Both the position numbers and the translations under genes were made by a program. 64,000 bases of DNA from Myxococcales bacterium. Lineage in GTDB: Bacteria; Myxococcota_A; Polyangia; Polyangiales; DASUME01. The stretch spans positions 4,384,001-4,448,000 of the forward strand of contig JASGJH010000001.1 of NCBI GenBank assembly GCA_047601445.1, in the 5' to 3' direction. This document shows positions 36,779-46,654 of this stretch, piece by piece. The notes below the pieces were generated by a model. That model was not told the DNA's origin. It saw only the letters and a program-made list of their open reading frames with translations, and did no database searches. Position 1 is the first letter of the stretch. The number at the start of each line of letters is the position of its first letter.

Positions 36779-38692
36779 ATGGATCAACGCAAGCCACTAT
36801 TCCCCGCTTTGTCCCTCGACGATGTCCGCGAACGGCTCGGAGATGCACTGCCGCTGGACCTCTCGAGGCAGTTCCAGTTTTCCGAGGAGCACGAAGAACA
36901 GCGTGTACGTGACATTCGGGAGACGGTCGCTCCGGGAATGACATTTGCGGATTTCTGCGACGCGCGACTGCGCGCAGCGGCCGAGAACCCAATCCAGGTA
37001 GCGGAGGAGGAGTACCTACGAGAGACCGAGCAGGTTGAACCCGCACAAGGCGGATTGGATGTACTTAACTGGTCCGCGGAATATGTGCTGGAGATGAGCT
37101 CCGCGAGCTTCTCGGAGCACGCGCTCATTCAACACTTCGAACGATTTCGCGACTACGTGACGCAGATCTTGAGCGACCTTGCCAGGCCGAATCGAGAGTC
37201 ATTGGAACAGGGCGAGATGCTCGTTTTCATGATCGTATCGCCCGTAATCAAATGGCACCAGCACCTACAAGAGACGTCGCGCGAAGCAATCGTTGTCCTT
37301 CTCGAAGGCGCCATAGGCGCCATCAGCAAGGCGTTGCTGTCGGGAAATCCGGACCATGACTTACTCGATGCTCAGAACCATCTTCTCTACTACTACGACG
37401 TCATCATCCGAAGACTCGAGGTGGGGCCGCATCCGAACATCATCATTCGCCACCTGCGGATCCTAAGAAGCGTCAGACCATCGATCTGGGCCTCGGTCCC
37501 TGCACGAACCAGGGTGCAATACGCGCAGGTCGTCCTCGTTTGCATGTGCATGCACTTCGACCCGAGCAAGCCGTTCGCCACGAGCATGTCGTTTGAATAT
37601 TCGACGATGCTGGACTTCCGAAATGTGCTCGACGACGCCATTCGGTCGCCAGACGGCGCTCCGTTCCACGACCTCGACTTCTTGTTCAAGTGGTTCCTCG
37701 ACAAGCTCGAGACCGATGTTTTCAGCGGCCGCCACAGAATCAAGAGAGCGCCGAATCTGGCGGCTTTAAGCGAAGGGGAGAAGGCGGCAGTAGTCGAGCT
37801 GTACCGAAAGTTCTCTACCTACCGTACCTCGATCACGGTCGGGCACGTCGAAGCATTCTTGCTTCAGTTTGGAACGACGACTCGCATCCGCGCAGCTCTC
37901 CGGCTACTTGGACATACCAGATTCTACCCTCTTTGGGAGCTAGCCGAATCAATTCAACGGCTCCTTGGGCAGTGCCTGGAGGAGGAAAAGGGATCGCAAC
38001 TCGTCGTCGCCCCACTCGGAAGCGAACGCGGCAGCAAGGACATCATTGAATACCTGGCCTCGCACTCTCCACTGGGCAAGGAAATCCTGTTCGTCACGAA
38101 CGTGTCAGCCGCTCTTGCCGCAACTCGTGACTCCGGAACGATTCATTTCATCGATGATTGCCTCATCACGGCAACACAAACATTGAACACGCTTGGCGAC
38201 CTTACGGGCACACGCCAACGGAAACCACACCACACGGCGCATGTCGCTACTCTCGACGCTGCCGAACTTTCAGCGCTGCAGCAGCGCAAGCTGCGATTCC
38301 TATTCTGCGTTGCCACCGACAAAGGCACCGAGAGAGTTCGCAAGGAGATCAGCGCCGCGCGCCTCGACCCCGGCATGATTGACATTCGCTCAGGAGTCGT
38401 CGAGCCCATCTCAGCCAAGGCCTTCGACCCGATGGGACCTGTGCCCTGGGCGAGCATTTCTGAACGCGAAGAACTGAAGGAGTTCGCGCAAGCGGTTGGC
38501 TACGACATCCTGGCCGAAGCTGCAGCAGAGAAAGGTTGGAGCGACGGCCGACGCAAAGAGAGCGCGCTGGGATACTCGGACCTTCAGCGCTTGCTGGTAT
38601 TCCCTTACAACGTTCCAAAGTCGACTGTGACGCTGCTCTGGGGACGAGGGGGATCGATGGGCTGGAAGCCGCTGTTTCTCGGCTCCGACTAG
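36779..38692 (+). CDS. Protein with C-terminal phosphoribosyltransferase-like (PRTase-CE-type) domain
   Basis: Motifs VEAFLLQF...ALRLL, IHFIDDCLITATQ, LGYSDLQRLLVFPYNVP and WKPLF. The helical N-terminal ~330 aa was not recognised. Confidence 0.7.
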   Translation: MDQRKPLFPALSLDDVRERLGDALPLDLSRQFQFSEEHEEQRVRDIRETVAPGMTFADFCDARLRAAAENPIQVAEEEYLRETEQVEPAQGGLDVLNWSAEYVLEMSSASFSEHALIQHFERFRDYVTQILSDLARPNRESLEQGEMLVFMIVSPVIKWHQHLQETSREAIVVLLEGAIGAISKALLSGNPDHDLLDAQNHLLYYYDVIIRRLEVGPHPNIIIRHLRILRSVRPSIWASVPARTRVQYAQVVLVCMCMHFDPSKPFATSMSFEYSTMLDFRNVLDDAIRSPDGAPFHDLDFLFKWFLDKLETDVFSGRHRIKRAPNLAALSEGEKAAVVELYRKFSTYRTSITVGHVEAFLLQFGTTTRIRAALRLLGHTRFYPLWELAESIQRLLGQCLEEEKGSQLVVAPLGSERGSKDIIEYLASHSPLGKEILFVTNVSAALAATRDSGTIHFIDDCLITATQTLNTLGDLTGTRQRKPHHTAHVATLDAAELSALQQRKLRFLFCVATDKGTERVRKEISAARLDPGMIDIRSGVVEPISAKAFDPMGPVPWASISEREELKEFAQAVGYDILAEAAAEKGWSDGRRKESALGYSDLQRLLVFPYNVPKSTVTLLWGRGGSMGWKPLFLGSD

Positions 38693-38734
38693 GGCTCACC
38701 GCCCCGGTTGCCATCGCTTGGATGCGCAGCCCCC

Positions 38735-39913
38735 TCAGAAGCACGCGTCGTTCGTGCACCCATTCGTGCAATCGGCGAGCACCGCGCTGACAGCACACAA
38801 CGACAGCGGACCGCACATAACCATGGCGACGGTGAGGTCATGCCCCGCGCACTCGTTGTAGTTCGGCGGGCACTCCGCGTCCGTGGTGCAAGGGATGCCG
38901 CAAGCCCACTGCTCGGCGGCACTGGTGTCGTAGTCGACGCAGGTCTGGGCGAACCCTCGCCAGGGGTCGCAGCTGACGCAGCTGAGCGTGCCGCCACAGC
39001 CGTCAGGCAGGGAGGGATGGCAAACGACGCTGGCCTCGCTTAGCGCCTGGGCGCAGGTCTTGGGCACGCACGGAGGCGGGGCGCACACGTTGTTGGTGCA
39101 GACCTCGTTGCCGCCGCAGCCCTTGGCGCACTCGGACGTCAGGTCGTGCGGGACGCCGCACGCGTCCATCACCACGCCGCAGCTGGCCGACGTCGCGCAA
39201 CCAAAGTTGGAGACGCACGCATCGAGGCCTGCCATGCCGCCGGTTCCTGCGTCCAACAGTGGCGGGGGTTCAGGCGTGCTGGCGTCCATCTTGGGCAGCC
39301 CGGCATCGGCGCCTGCGTCGTCGGCGGGCAGAGGGCGCGGCTCGGAGCTCTCGAGCAGGATCAAGACACTGAAGTGCTTGAGCTCGATGGTGGCCTTGTC
39401 GTTGTCTACCTTGGCCATGCCAGCTGGCTTCCAAACCGTGTCCTTCTCATCGTCCAGGTAGGCGAACGTGAGCTTCTTCTGGTCGGCGCCCTTCGAGACG
39501 GGAACCTTGAGGGTCACGGCCTCCTTGAACACCGTGCCGTGCGGCGTGAGCACGTAGGGTGCCGAGGCGGGTGTGTCCTTTTCATCGAGGGTCTTCACCA
39601 GTTCGACCGCGACGTTGTCCTTGGGACGCACGATGCTGATCTCGATGTCCTTCTCGACCGCACCCGGCGCGATGCTGAGTTCCGCGCCGGACTTCAGACT
39701 GAGCATGCCGCCCTTGTCGGAGGTCACGAGGGCCGAGCTCGCCTGACCAGCGCTCGCACCATCGTCGATGCCGAGCAAGGCCCCCTTCTGCGGAGTCTCC
39801 GAGCTGCAGGCCGCGGACAGCAAGAGCACGAGTGTAGTCAACGTGAGGCAGGCTCGATGCGTGGCAGTCGAAGGCTGCGCGTGGGCGCGTGAACGAATAG
39901 GCGTCAGGGTCAC
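38735..39913 (-). CDS. Lipoprotein with ZU5-like domain and Cys-rich C-terminus
   Basis: Lipobox LSAAC. GGMLSL...LSIAPGAV...LTPHGTVFKEAVTLKVP; repeats CVPKTC...DGCGGTLSC. Confidence 0.75.
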   Translation of the reverse strand: MTLTPIRSRAHAQPSTATHRACLTLTTLVLLLSAACSSETPQKGALLGIDDGASAGQASSALVTSDKGGMLSLKSGAELSIAPGAVEKDIEISIVRPKDNVAVELVKTLDEKDTPASAPYVLTPHGTVFKEAVTLKVPVSKGADQKKLTFAYLDDEKDTVWKPAGMAKVDNDKATIELKHFSVLILLESSEPRPLPADDAGADAGLPKMDASTPEPPPLLDAGTGGMAGLDACVSNFGCATSASCGVVMDACGVPHDLTSECAKGCGGNEVCTNNVCAPPPCVPKTCAQALSEASVVCHPSLPDGCGGTLSCVSCDPWRGFAQTCVDYDTSAAEQWACGIPCTTDAECPPNYNECAGHDLTVAMVMCGPLSLCAVSAVLADCTNGCTNDACF

Positions 39914-40145
39914 GACATGCTCTCGGGTGCGGGCAGAACTGCGGGGGATGGTATCTGCTCCGAATGGCCGGGTCGATGAGACGCACTGCGGCCCGGGCCC
40001 CAGAGAGGCAGGTCTGCGAGGGGTCTCACACTCTCGCGCGGCCTGCCGAGGTCGCCAGCGCGTCCCTTGGGCCCGCGGACATGAACCGGCAATGGAATCT
40101 GGAATTGCCCCAGTGAGACCGAGCGCCGCTTCGACCTGAACCGGT

Positions 40146-41879
40146 CTAGCTCGTCACCGCGTCTGGTTCCGGCTCTGGCTCCTGCGACCCACCGCTCACC
40201 GCCTGCGCGAGCAGCATGTCCCGCAGGTCCGCCAGGCTGTGCTCCAGGACCTCGTAGGAGAGCTGCAGGCTGGCCACCATGGCTTGCATGTCTTCGAGCT
40301 CGAACGGCTGGTTGGCTTGGATTCGCTGGTGCGCGAGCTGAACCGCTGCCAGCAGCGTGGCCTGCAGGCCGGTGAGGTGCGGCGCGAGCTCCGAGTCACC
40401 ATGCTCCTGGATCCACGCCAGGCCACGGTCCCACCACGGGCTCTCCGCGATGCCACGAAACAGCGTGAGCAGCGCCTGCGCCGGGTCCTGCTTCTCTTCG
40501 GTCGGGCCGGCGCTCAGCTGGGCCAGGAAGCCCCCCACGAAGGTGGCGAGCTCGTCGTTGTCCCGGCGGGCCTTGGCTCCAGTCAACCAGCGATTGCCGA
40601 TCGCAATCGCCGCGTGGCGCGCGAGCGTCCAGGCAGCCTGCTGAGTCTCGGAAAGCTGACGGGCGGGCTTCCACGCGAGCCAGGTACCCACGGTGGTCGT
40701 GCGAGAGAGGAGGTCGCGTAGCTCGGGCGCGATCACCACGCGCTCGCCTGCGTGCTGCAGGATGTGCCAGCTCGAGCGCAACAGGGGAGGCCGGGTGACG
40801 GTAATCGGCGAGCTCCATGGCTCCAGCTTCGCGTGCAAAGCGGCGACGTCGGGGAACTCTGCTCCGAGTTGAGCGGTGAGTCGAAGCACGGCTTCCCTGA
40901 GCAGTAAGGGGTTCACGCTGATCCGTGGTCCGACGTCCTCCTCGTCCGCGGGTGCTTGGTCGGGGGGATGCAGCGCCAGGTGTGCCGCCAGAAGGCCAAG
41001 CATGGGCGCATTTAGGTGAAACCTGAGGAACTCTTGGAGGAGGTTCTCGGCGAGGCCGGTGCGGCGCCGCGAATACGCGCGCCGAGCGATCTCCGTCGCC
41101 CGCAAGTCGCGGGCGTCGGCCTGAAAGGGCATTCCAGGCCGCGTGATCACCAGCGCGCGGTCTCGCAGATCGACCGTGCTCGCATGCTCGATCTTCGGAT
41201 CCACCTGAATCTCGAAGAAGATCTGCGTCTCGTGGGCGGCTTCCACGAGCACGGGTATCGCGACCGGAGCCTCCCCCGGGAGCTCGGCGATGAGCGCGTA
41301 CCAGCCCGGTTCGAGCGCCAGGTGGCAAGTGAGGTAGCCCATGTCCGGATCGAACCTGGCCACGCTGACCAGCGGCACCACCGTCTCTTCCGTGGCCCGT
41401 TGGAGTGAGAAGCTCTGAAACGCCCGCCGATAGCGGCCCTGGATCTCTTTGGAGGCTCCGCGCTGCGTAAAGTTGGCGCTGCCCGGGTCGCGCACGCTGA
41501 CGAGCAGGGTCCCGCCCGTTCCGAGGCCAACGTCTCGAGCTTGCGTTTGCGTCGCCGCGGCCACGGCGGCCTGGTGGTACTCGTGACTCGTGGACGTACC
41601 GCGTAGCGGCACCGCGCTGCGGAACTCGACGCCGGGAACGCCCACCGTCACGTCCTTGCCATCGCCCTTCACCACGAACCGTGATTCCACGCTCTGGCCA
41701 GCCAGGATCGCGCGCACCTTGTACACGCCTGGAGAGAGCGCGAACGTGCATCTCCCCACGGCGCGCTCGACGACGTGAAAGCGCGCATCGATCACACGGA
41801 CTTCCGCCAAAGACTCGCCGGGGTCGATGGTCACCGACGACGGCCGGTCGGGCACGTCGTCGTTCTCAAAGGTCGACAT
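40146..41879 (-). CDS. Caspase-associated hypothetical protein (577 aa)
   Basis: AGGAG RBS; overlaps the caspase stop by 14 nt. N-terminal Ig/PEGA-like strands (LSPGVYKVRA) and a helical C-terminus. Confidence 0.75.
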   Translation of the reverse strand: MSTFENDDVPDRPSSVTIDPGESLAEVRVIDARFHVVERAVGRCTFALSPGVYKVRAILAGQSVESRFVVKGDGKDVTVGVPGVEFRSAVPLRGTSTSHEYHQAAVAAATQTQARDVGLGTGGTLLVSVRDPGSANFTQRGASKEIQGRYRRAFQSFSLQRATEETVVPLVSVARFDPDMGYLTCHLALEPGWYALIAELPGEAPVAIPVLVEAAHETQIFFEIQVDPKIEHASTVDLRDRALVITRPGMPFQADARDLRATEIARRAYSRRRTGLAENLLQEFLRFHLNAPMLGLLAAHLALHPPDQAPADEEDVGPRISVNPLLLREAVLRLTAQLGAEFPDVAALHAKLEPWSSPITVTRPPLLRSSWHILQHAGERVVIAPELRDLLSRTTTVGTWLAWKPARQLSETQQAAWTLARHAAIAIGNRWLTGAKARRDNDELATFVGGFLAQLSAGPTEEKQDPAQALLTLFRGIAESPWWDRGLAWIQEHGDSELAPHLTGLQATLLAAVQLAHQRIQANQPFELEDMQAMVASLQLSYEVLEHSLADLRDMLLAQAVSGGSQEPEPEPDAVTS

Positions 41880-42951
41880 CGGCGGCTCCTACCTGAAAGT
41901 CCTTCTCGATGGCCGAGCCGCCCGACACGCCCCACACGACGCACAGCGATGCGGGAAGCGGGACAACGAACCTTCCGTCCACCACGGGGATGTTGTTGGC
42001 GAGTCCATTGCGCACCACGTGCACCTCTCCGCCTGTGATCGTGAACTTCGCCAACACCCCGAGCTTGATTCCGGAGCGAATCGTAAAGCTCGCACCGTCC
42101 ACCACCGACACGACCTTGAAGCCTTGAGGCACGTCTTGCGGTGCAGGCCGGCCGAACGTCACCTCGCCGATGGTCGGCGTCACGATCTCAGGGAGATCGG
42201 CCGGCTGTCCATCGCACAGGGCGCTCCAATTTTCCTGGATGTAGCCCTTGATGTCGCGGGACGAGAGTTGCTCCAAGTCAGGCGCAGCATGGTCGAACGC
42301 TCTGAGCAGGGCGTGGGTGAGCAGGCCGTGTACCTTGTTGTCGCGCTCGCGAATCGGTCGCTCCTGCGCTTTGCCGCCTCGCGAGGTCGCGTAGAGCTCG
42401 AAGAGCTTGACCCCCTGCGCAAGAGCAGGATCCGCAGCAAGACGAAGCGTGGGCGGAAACGCCATCTTGTACAGCTCGGCATCCCTGCAGCAATCCATCA
42501 CCAGAACGATCTCGCCGAATGCACCGTGATCGCGGACTCTGCGCGCATACTCGGTCCCGCTGATGTTCCAGTTCGCAGAGCGCGTCGAGTCCGCCACGTA
42601 AAGCGCAGCCTCCGGGGTGGTGCTCGTGCGCTCGCAGAACCCATGACCCGAGAAATAGAGATAGAGTCGCCCCGCTGGGCGGCGGATCATGCTCTGATCG
42701 GGCTTGAAGAGGATCTTGTTCAGGACGCCCACGAAATCAGTCAGGATGGGCGGGAAAGGCGGCGGGTCGCCTATCTTCGCCTCGTTCGTGACCAGGCAGG
42801 TGACGTTCTCGGGCGGGACGTTGCCCCCGTTGGAATCCACGAGCCACTTGTACATGAGCTCAACGTCTCGCACCGGACCTTTGAGCTCGGGCAACCCCGC
42901 GTCCGCATAGCGGCTGATTCCCACGAGTATCGCGTAGTCCTCTTGCGCCAT
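41866..42951 (-). CDS. Caspase-like peptidase (C14 family)
   Basis: YAILVGISRY, LKGPVRDV, catalytic His in FSGHG, catalytic Cys in MDCCR, GLLTHALL. Confidence 0.9.
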   Translation of the reverse strand: MAQEDYAILVGISRYADAGLPELKGPVRDVELMYKWLVDSNGGNVPPENVTCLVTNEAKIGDPPPFPPILTDFVGVLNKILFKPDQSMIRRPAGRLYLYFSGHGFCERTSTTPEAALYVADSTRSANWNISGTEYARRVRDHGAFGEIVLVMDCCRDAELYKMAFPPTLRLAADPALAQGVKLFELYATSRGGKAQERPIRERDNKVHGLLTHALLRAFDHAAPDLEQLSSRDIKGYIQENWSALCDGQPADLPEIVTPTIGEVTFGRPAPQDVPQGFKVVSVVDGASFTIRSGIKLGVLAKFTITGGEVHVVRNGLANNIPVVDGRFVVPLPASLCVVWGVSGGSAIEKDFQVGAADVDL

Positions 42952-42958
42952 GAGGGCC

Positions 42959-44494
42959 TCACCGTGGCTGATTGAGGATGATGTAGGCCACGCTGTCCAG
43001 GGTCGCGCGGTCCTTGTCGTCGAACTCACTGTGGGACTTCCCCGTGGAGGCCAATCCCGGGCCGCCCTGGTGAGGCGACCAAATCAAGCACTCAGAGTGG
43101 CGCGCGAAGAACTTGCGGCAGACTTCGATGCTCCAGAAATCATCGTTGCCGAACACCGTGTCGTTGATGAGGAAGCGTTCCATCCCCACCAGCGGGAGGT
43201 CCACTTCGCGCTCGAGCATGCCCGACACGAAGTACAGCAGCGACGCCGGATAGAGGACCTTGACCAGGTCGTCGTCCTGCTCGCGCGGATCGCTCATGCC
43301 GAACAAGCGGAAGAAGCGGATGCTGGTTGCGTGCTCCGCCAGTGTCGCGGCAAAGACATCGTGAGAGACGGCCGGCGCTTCGAAGATCACGTGATACTTG
43401 AGTCCAGGCACGATGCGGTTCGCGGCGCGCAGAAGATTGCAGATGTAGATGGCACCGGTGCTGTGGCCCACGAGGGTAATCTTCGGAACTTCCCCGCCCT
43501 GGTCGACCACGTGCTTGAGCGCGTGCAGGAAAGCCGTGCCGCCGTATTCGTCGCCGTCCCGAAATGCATCGGCGGTATCGCCCTTCATGCGATCCCACCA
43601 GATCTCTCGGCCGATCTTGTCGAGGTAGAGCTCGCGCAAGCACTCCTCGACCAAGGTCACGTAGCCACCGTGCGATCGTCCAGAACGCCTTCTACGGATG
43701 GTGCGAATCACGATGGTGGCGACGGTCTTGGCGACCTTGAACCACGAGATGACGCCCTTGGTCTTCCCGGGCTCCGCGTCGAACATGCGCTCGGAGGCTT
43801 CCTTGCTGATCAACGAGTCGCTGGCGACCGTGCTGCCCGTTCCTTTGTTGGAGGCCACAGGCGCGGCCGACGCGCCGATGCCGTTGTACGTGCTCTCGAC
43901 AGCATGTCTGAAGGCATCATCATCCTCAAAGCTGGCTTCGATCTGCTCCACCAGCTTCTCTTCGTCGGGCATGCTGCCTTTGCTGGTGGCCGCAATACCT
44001 CCAACGAGGGCTGCGTCGACCACATCGAGCTCCGCGGGCGGCGTCGCGCGGGCGCCGTTGAACCATGCGTCCATGTCGTTCTTGAGCGTCGCCTCGTCGA
44101 CCGGGACCTCCGCGTCACCTTTTAGCCCGTCGACCCCTCCAAGCTTCTTCAGCACCCAAACCGCGCTCTTCTTCATGAACTCGCGAAAGAGGCTCTCGTG
44201 CAGAATCTCGCCCAGGTTGTTGAGCGGAGCCTCGAAGAAACCCGACTCCCAGATGAAGAAGATGGGATAGGCCTGAGCCTGCTCCTTGTAGAGGGGAAAG
44301 AGCGCTTCGCTTGCGGAGGTGCGCGCCGACTTCTCACTCACCAAGCCACCGTGGAAGTGGACCACGATGCCGCCCGGGGCCTTGGCAGCGCAGGCTTGCT
44401 CGACAATGCGCTGCACGTCGGCTGCGGTCGTGCTGGACTTCGGGGAGAGTCTACCGGCTGCGGTATGGATGACGTGATCAGCCATGTTCGGCAT
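42959..44494 (-). CDS. Alpha/beta-hydrolase-fold protein
   Basis: HFHGGLV, FFIWESG, nucleophile motif LVGHSTGA, FEAPA, YPASLLYFVSG and C-terminal HSEFDD. Start 44494 or 44485. Confidence 0.8.
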   Translation of the reverse strand: MPNMADHVIHTAAGRLSPKSSTTAADVQRIVEQACAAKAPGGIVVHFHGGLVSEKSARTSASEALFPLYKEQAQAYPIFFIWESGFFEAPLNNLGEILHESLFREFMKKSAVWVLKKLGGVDGLKGDAEVPVDEATLKNDMDAWFNGARATPPAELDVVDAALVGGIAATSKGSMPDEEKLVEQIEASFEDDDAFRHAVESTYNGIGASAAPVASNKGTGSTVASDSLISKEASERMFDAEPGKTKGVISWFKVAKTVATIVIRTIRRRRSGRSHGGYVTLVEECLRELYLDKIGREIWWDRMKGDTADAFRDGDEYGGTAFLHALKHVVDQGGEVPKITLVGHSTGAIYICNLLRAANRIVPGLKYHVIFEAPAVSHDVFAATLAEHATSIRFFRLFGMSDPREQDDDLVKVLYPASLLYFVSGMLEREVDLPLVGMERFLINDTVFGNDDFWSIEVCRKFFARHSECLIWSPHQGGPGLASTGKSHSEFDDKDRATLDSVAYIILNQPR

Positions 44495-44756
44495 GCGTGT
44501 TCTCGGTTTCTGCGCCGCGCGCTGCGTAAAGGGCGCTTGCAGTCCGAGGAGGAGGTGCAACGCACTTGGGCCTGAGCGTGGAATAGTAAGGCCGCTCGTT
44601 TTGCATATGCCAGCGAATAGGAGAGCGGTCGCGCGAGGGGTGAAAGACTGCCTATGGCAGCCTCGGGCACCTACGGAGCTCGGCAAAGCCAAGCGAATTC
44701 CGGGGCGAAGGCGGCAAGAGGCCGGACGACTCGCAAACCTCTCCCGCGATCACTGA

Positions 44757-45119
44757 TCACTCGACCTGCTCATCCAGCGGACAACTCTGAGGAGCGATCC
44801 CGCCAGCTTGCTCGGCGAGGATGTAGCGTAGGAGGAGCTCCGTTTGGGCGTCGTCCAAGTGGGCCTTCTTGCCCATGCGCCTGGTTGTCGAGGGCCACGC
44901 GTCCGCGTCGACCTTGTGTACGTCAGGGTAGCCGTGGCACTTGTTGCAACTGTCAAGGAAGAGCGACCATCCGGCGTCGAGCGACTCGGACGTGGAGTCT
45001 GGCCAGCGCGTTGTCGCCACCTGAAGGGCTTCAGGGCCGACGGGGACCGGCGCGGGCGCTTCCGCTGGGTAGCAGCCAGCGACGACCAGCAAAGCGGCCG
45101 ATGCGGTAAGCGCTTTCAT
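44757..45119 (-). CDS. Small monoheme c-type cytochrome lipoprotein
   Basis: Lipobox VAGC, CNKCH heme motif, candidate axial Met in RRMGKKA. GGAGG RBS. Confidence 0.8.
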   Translation of the reverse strand: MKALTASAALLVVAGCYPAEAPAPVPVGPEALQVATTRWPDSTSESLDAGWSLFLDSCNKCHGYPDVHKVDADAWPSTTRRMGKKAHLDDAQTELLLRYILAEQAGGIAPQSCPLDEQVE

Positions 45120-45503
45120 GCTGCAGCCTCCCTGAGAGTTTCACTCTGGGAGCGGAGAACTGCTCTCGCAACGCGGCTTTCCTTTGAGCTTCAAGGACCA
45201 GCTGAGCGCGGTCGTATCCGAACGGATAGCTCACCTCCACCTCACCGCTCAAGATTTCGATAGCCAAGCGAACACTTCGACGGCCACCACGAGCGGAATG
45301 GTGTCGCCTCCTATCGCGCGCAGTCTCATGCGTGTCTGGGCGCCGGCACCTAACGCGTCGAGGTGCCAAGCCGCTGGGCGCGGGATTTCGCGTCGCCGTT
45401 TCATGAGCGCAGGCGTCGGTGGCAGAGCCATGCGAGCGAATGCGAACGGCAAGGGATGCAAAAGCCGTTGGTCCGTCGACGAGGATTGTTCTCGTGATTT
45501 GGA

Positions 45504-46625
45504 ATGCGTACCATTCTGCAGAATATGGCGCTCCAGACTGGACGTCGGGTCATTCTTTTCCCGCGCACCGAGGTGCAGCGCGTGCGCGGTGCCGTTGGTG
45601 CGCACTTCGCGTCGCATCGAGGCCGGTGCCTGCTCTTTCCAGAAACCGGTCACGCTGTCTTGGATCGCGCCCCGGCGAGAACCATCAAACGCCTTGCTGC
45701 TCTTGGGGTGAAGATTCGAGCAGAGGCAACGTTACGACGTCCGAACAGCACCATCAGTTCTGCTCCGCGAGGCCAGGCGATTCTCGACACCCTGGAGCTG
45801 GCGTGGGCGGTCCGTGCCCTTGGCATCGGTGCCGCCAGTCAGGACGGACTTGGCATCCGCGTGGGACTGATCGACTCGGGCGTAGACCTCTTGCATCCCG
45901 CGTTGATCGGCAATGTCTCCGCGGGATCTCCGCGTGGGGGACTCGATTCCCTCGGCCACGGCACGCATTGCGCAGGAATTATCGCAGGGCGGAAGCTTGG
46001 AACATCGCCGCGATTCGGCATTGCCCCGCGCGCGCACGTCCGAAGCTATCGAGTGTTCGACGCTGACGCGACCACGGACGAGGGCCATGTTCGCGAGCAT
46101 GTGCACCGCGCCGTCGAGGATGGCTGCAAAGTCATCGTGCTCGCGGCCGGGGTTCCCGCCTCGAACTTTCTCGCCGAGGACGCGACCCTAGGTCAGTGGC
46201 TCGCAAGCGTCGGATGCTTGATGTTTGCCGCAGCAGGCAACGAGAGCGATCGGCTGGCACATCGTGTCCTGCCCACCTTGGCTCCTGCCAACGCCCCACA
46301 GGTCTACGCCATCGGCGCGGTGAACGGCGCGGTGCGCCTGTGGAACTCCTCCAATGGACTTGGAGTCGATGCCGCGACCAGGGTCGACTTTGTGGCCCCT
46401 GGCGTGGATGTTCTGTCGGCTTGGCCAGGGAACCGAACGATGCGCGTCTCGGGAAGCAGCGCTGCGACCGCCGTAGCCGGTGGCGTAGCGGCCGCGCTCT
46501 GGTCGCGCACCCCTGCGCTGTCGGCACGAGAGGTAATCACGCTGATGTCACGGCTTTGCCGCATGGACGTCCTCGGTGATCGCGACGGAATCGGCACGGG
46601 AATGCTGTCTCTATTGAACAAGTAG
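45504..46625 (+). CDS. S8 subtilisin-like serine protease without signal peptide
   Basis: Asp in GLIDSGVD, His in HGTHCAG, oxyanion Asn in AAAGNES, Ser in SGSSAATA. Confidence 0.85.
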   Translation: MRTILQNMALQTGRRVILFPRTEVQRVRGAVGAHFASHRGRCLLFPETGHAVLDRAPARTIKRLAALGVKIRAEATLRRPNSTISSAPRGQAILDTLELAWAVRALGIGAASQDGLGIRVGLIDSGVDLLHPALIGNVSAGSPRGGLDSLGHGTHCAGIIAGRKLGTSPRFGIAPRAHVRSYRVFDADATTDEGHVREHVHRAVEDGCKVIVLAAGVPASNFLAEDATLGQWLASVGCLMFAAAGNESDRLAHRVLPTLAPANAPQVYAIGAVNGAVRLWNSSNGLGVDAATRVDFVAPGVDVLSAWPGNRTMRVSGSSAATAVAGGVAAALWSRTPALSAREVITLMSRLCRMDVLGDRDGIGTGMLSLLNK

Positions 46626-46654
46626 AACCAAACAACTTTGGAGAGGCCAAACGT

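Noticed and set aside
40146..41879. Gasdermin as the caspase partner
   Set aside because: Too long, and the helical C-terminal half is unlike the ~270-aa beta-rich bacterial gasdermins.
46440..46480. S8 protease as catalytically dead
   Set aside because: GSSAA deviates from GTSMA, but the nucleophilic Ser position, Asp, His and oxyanion Asn are all retained.
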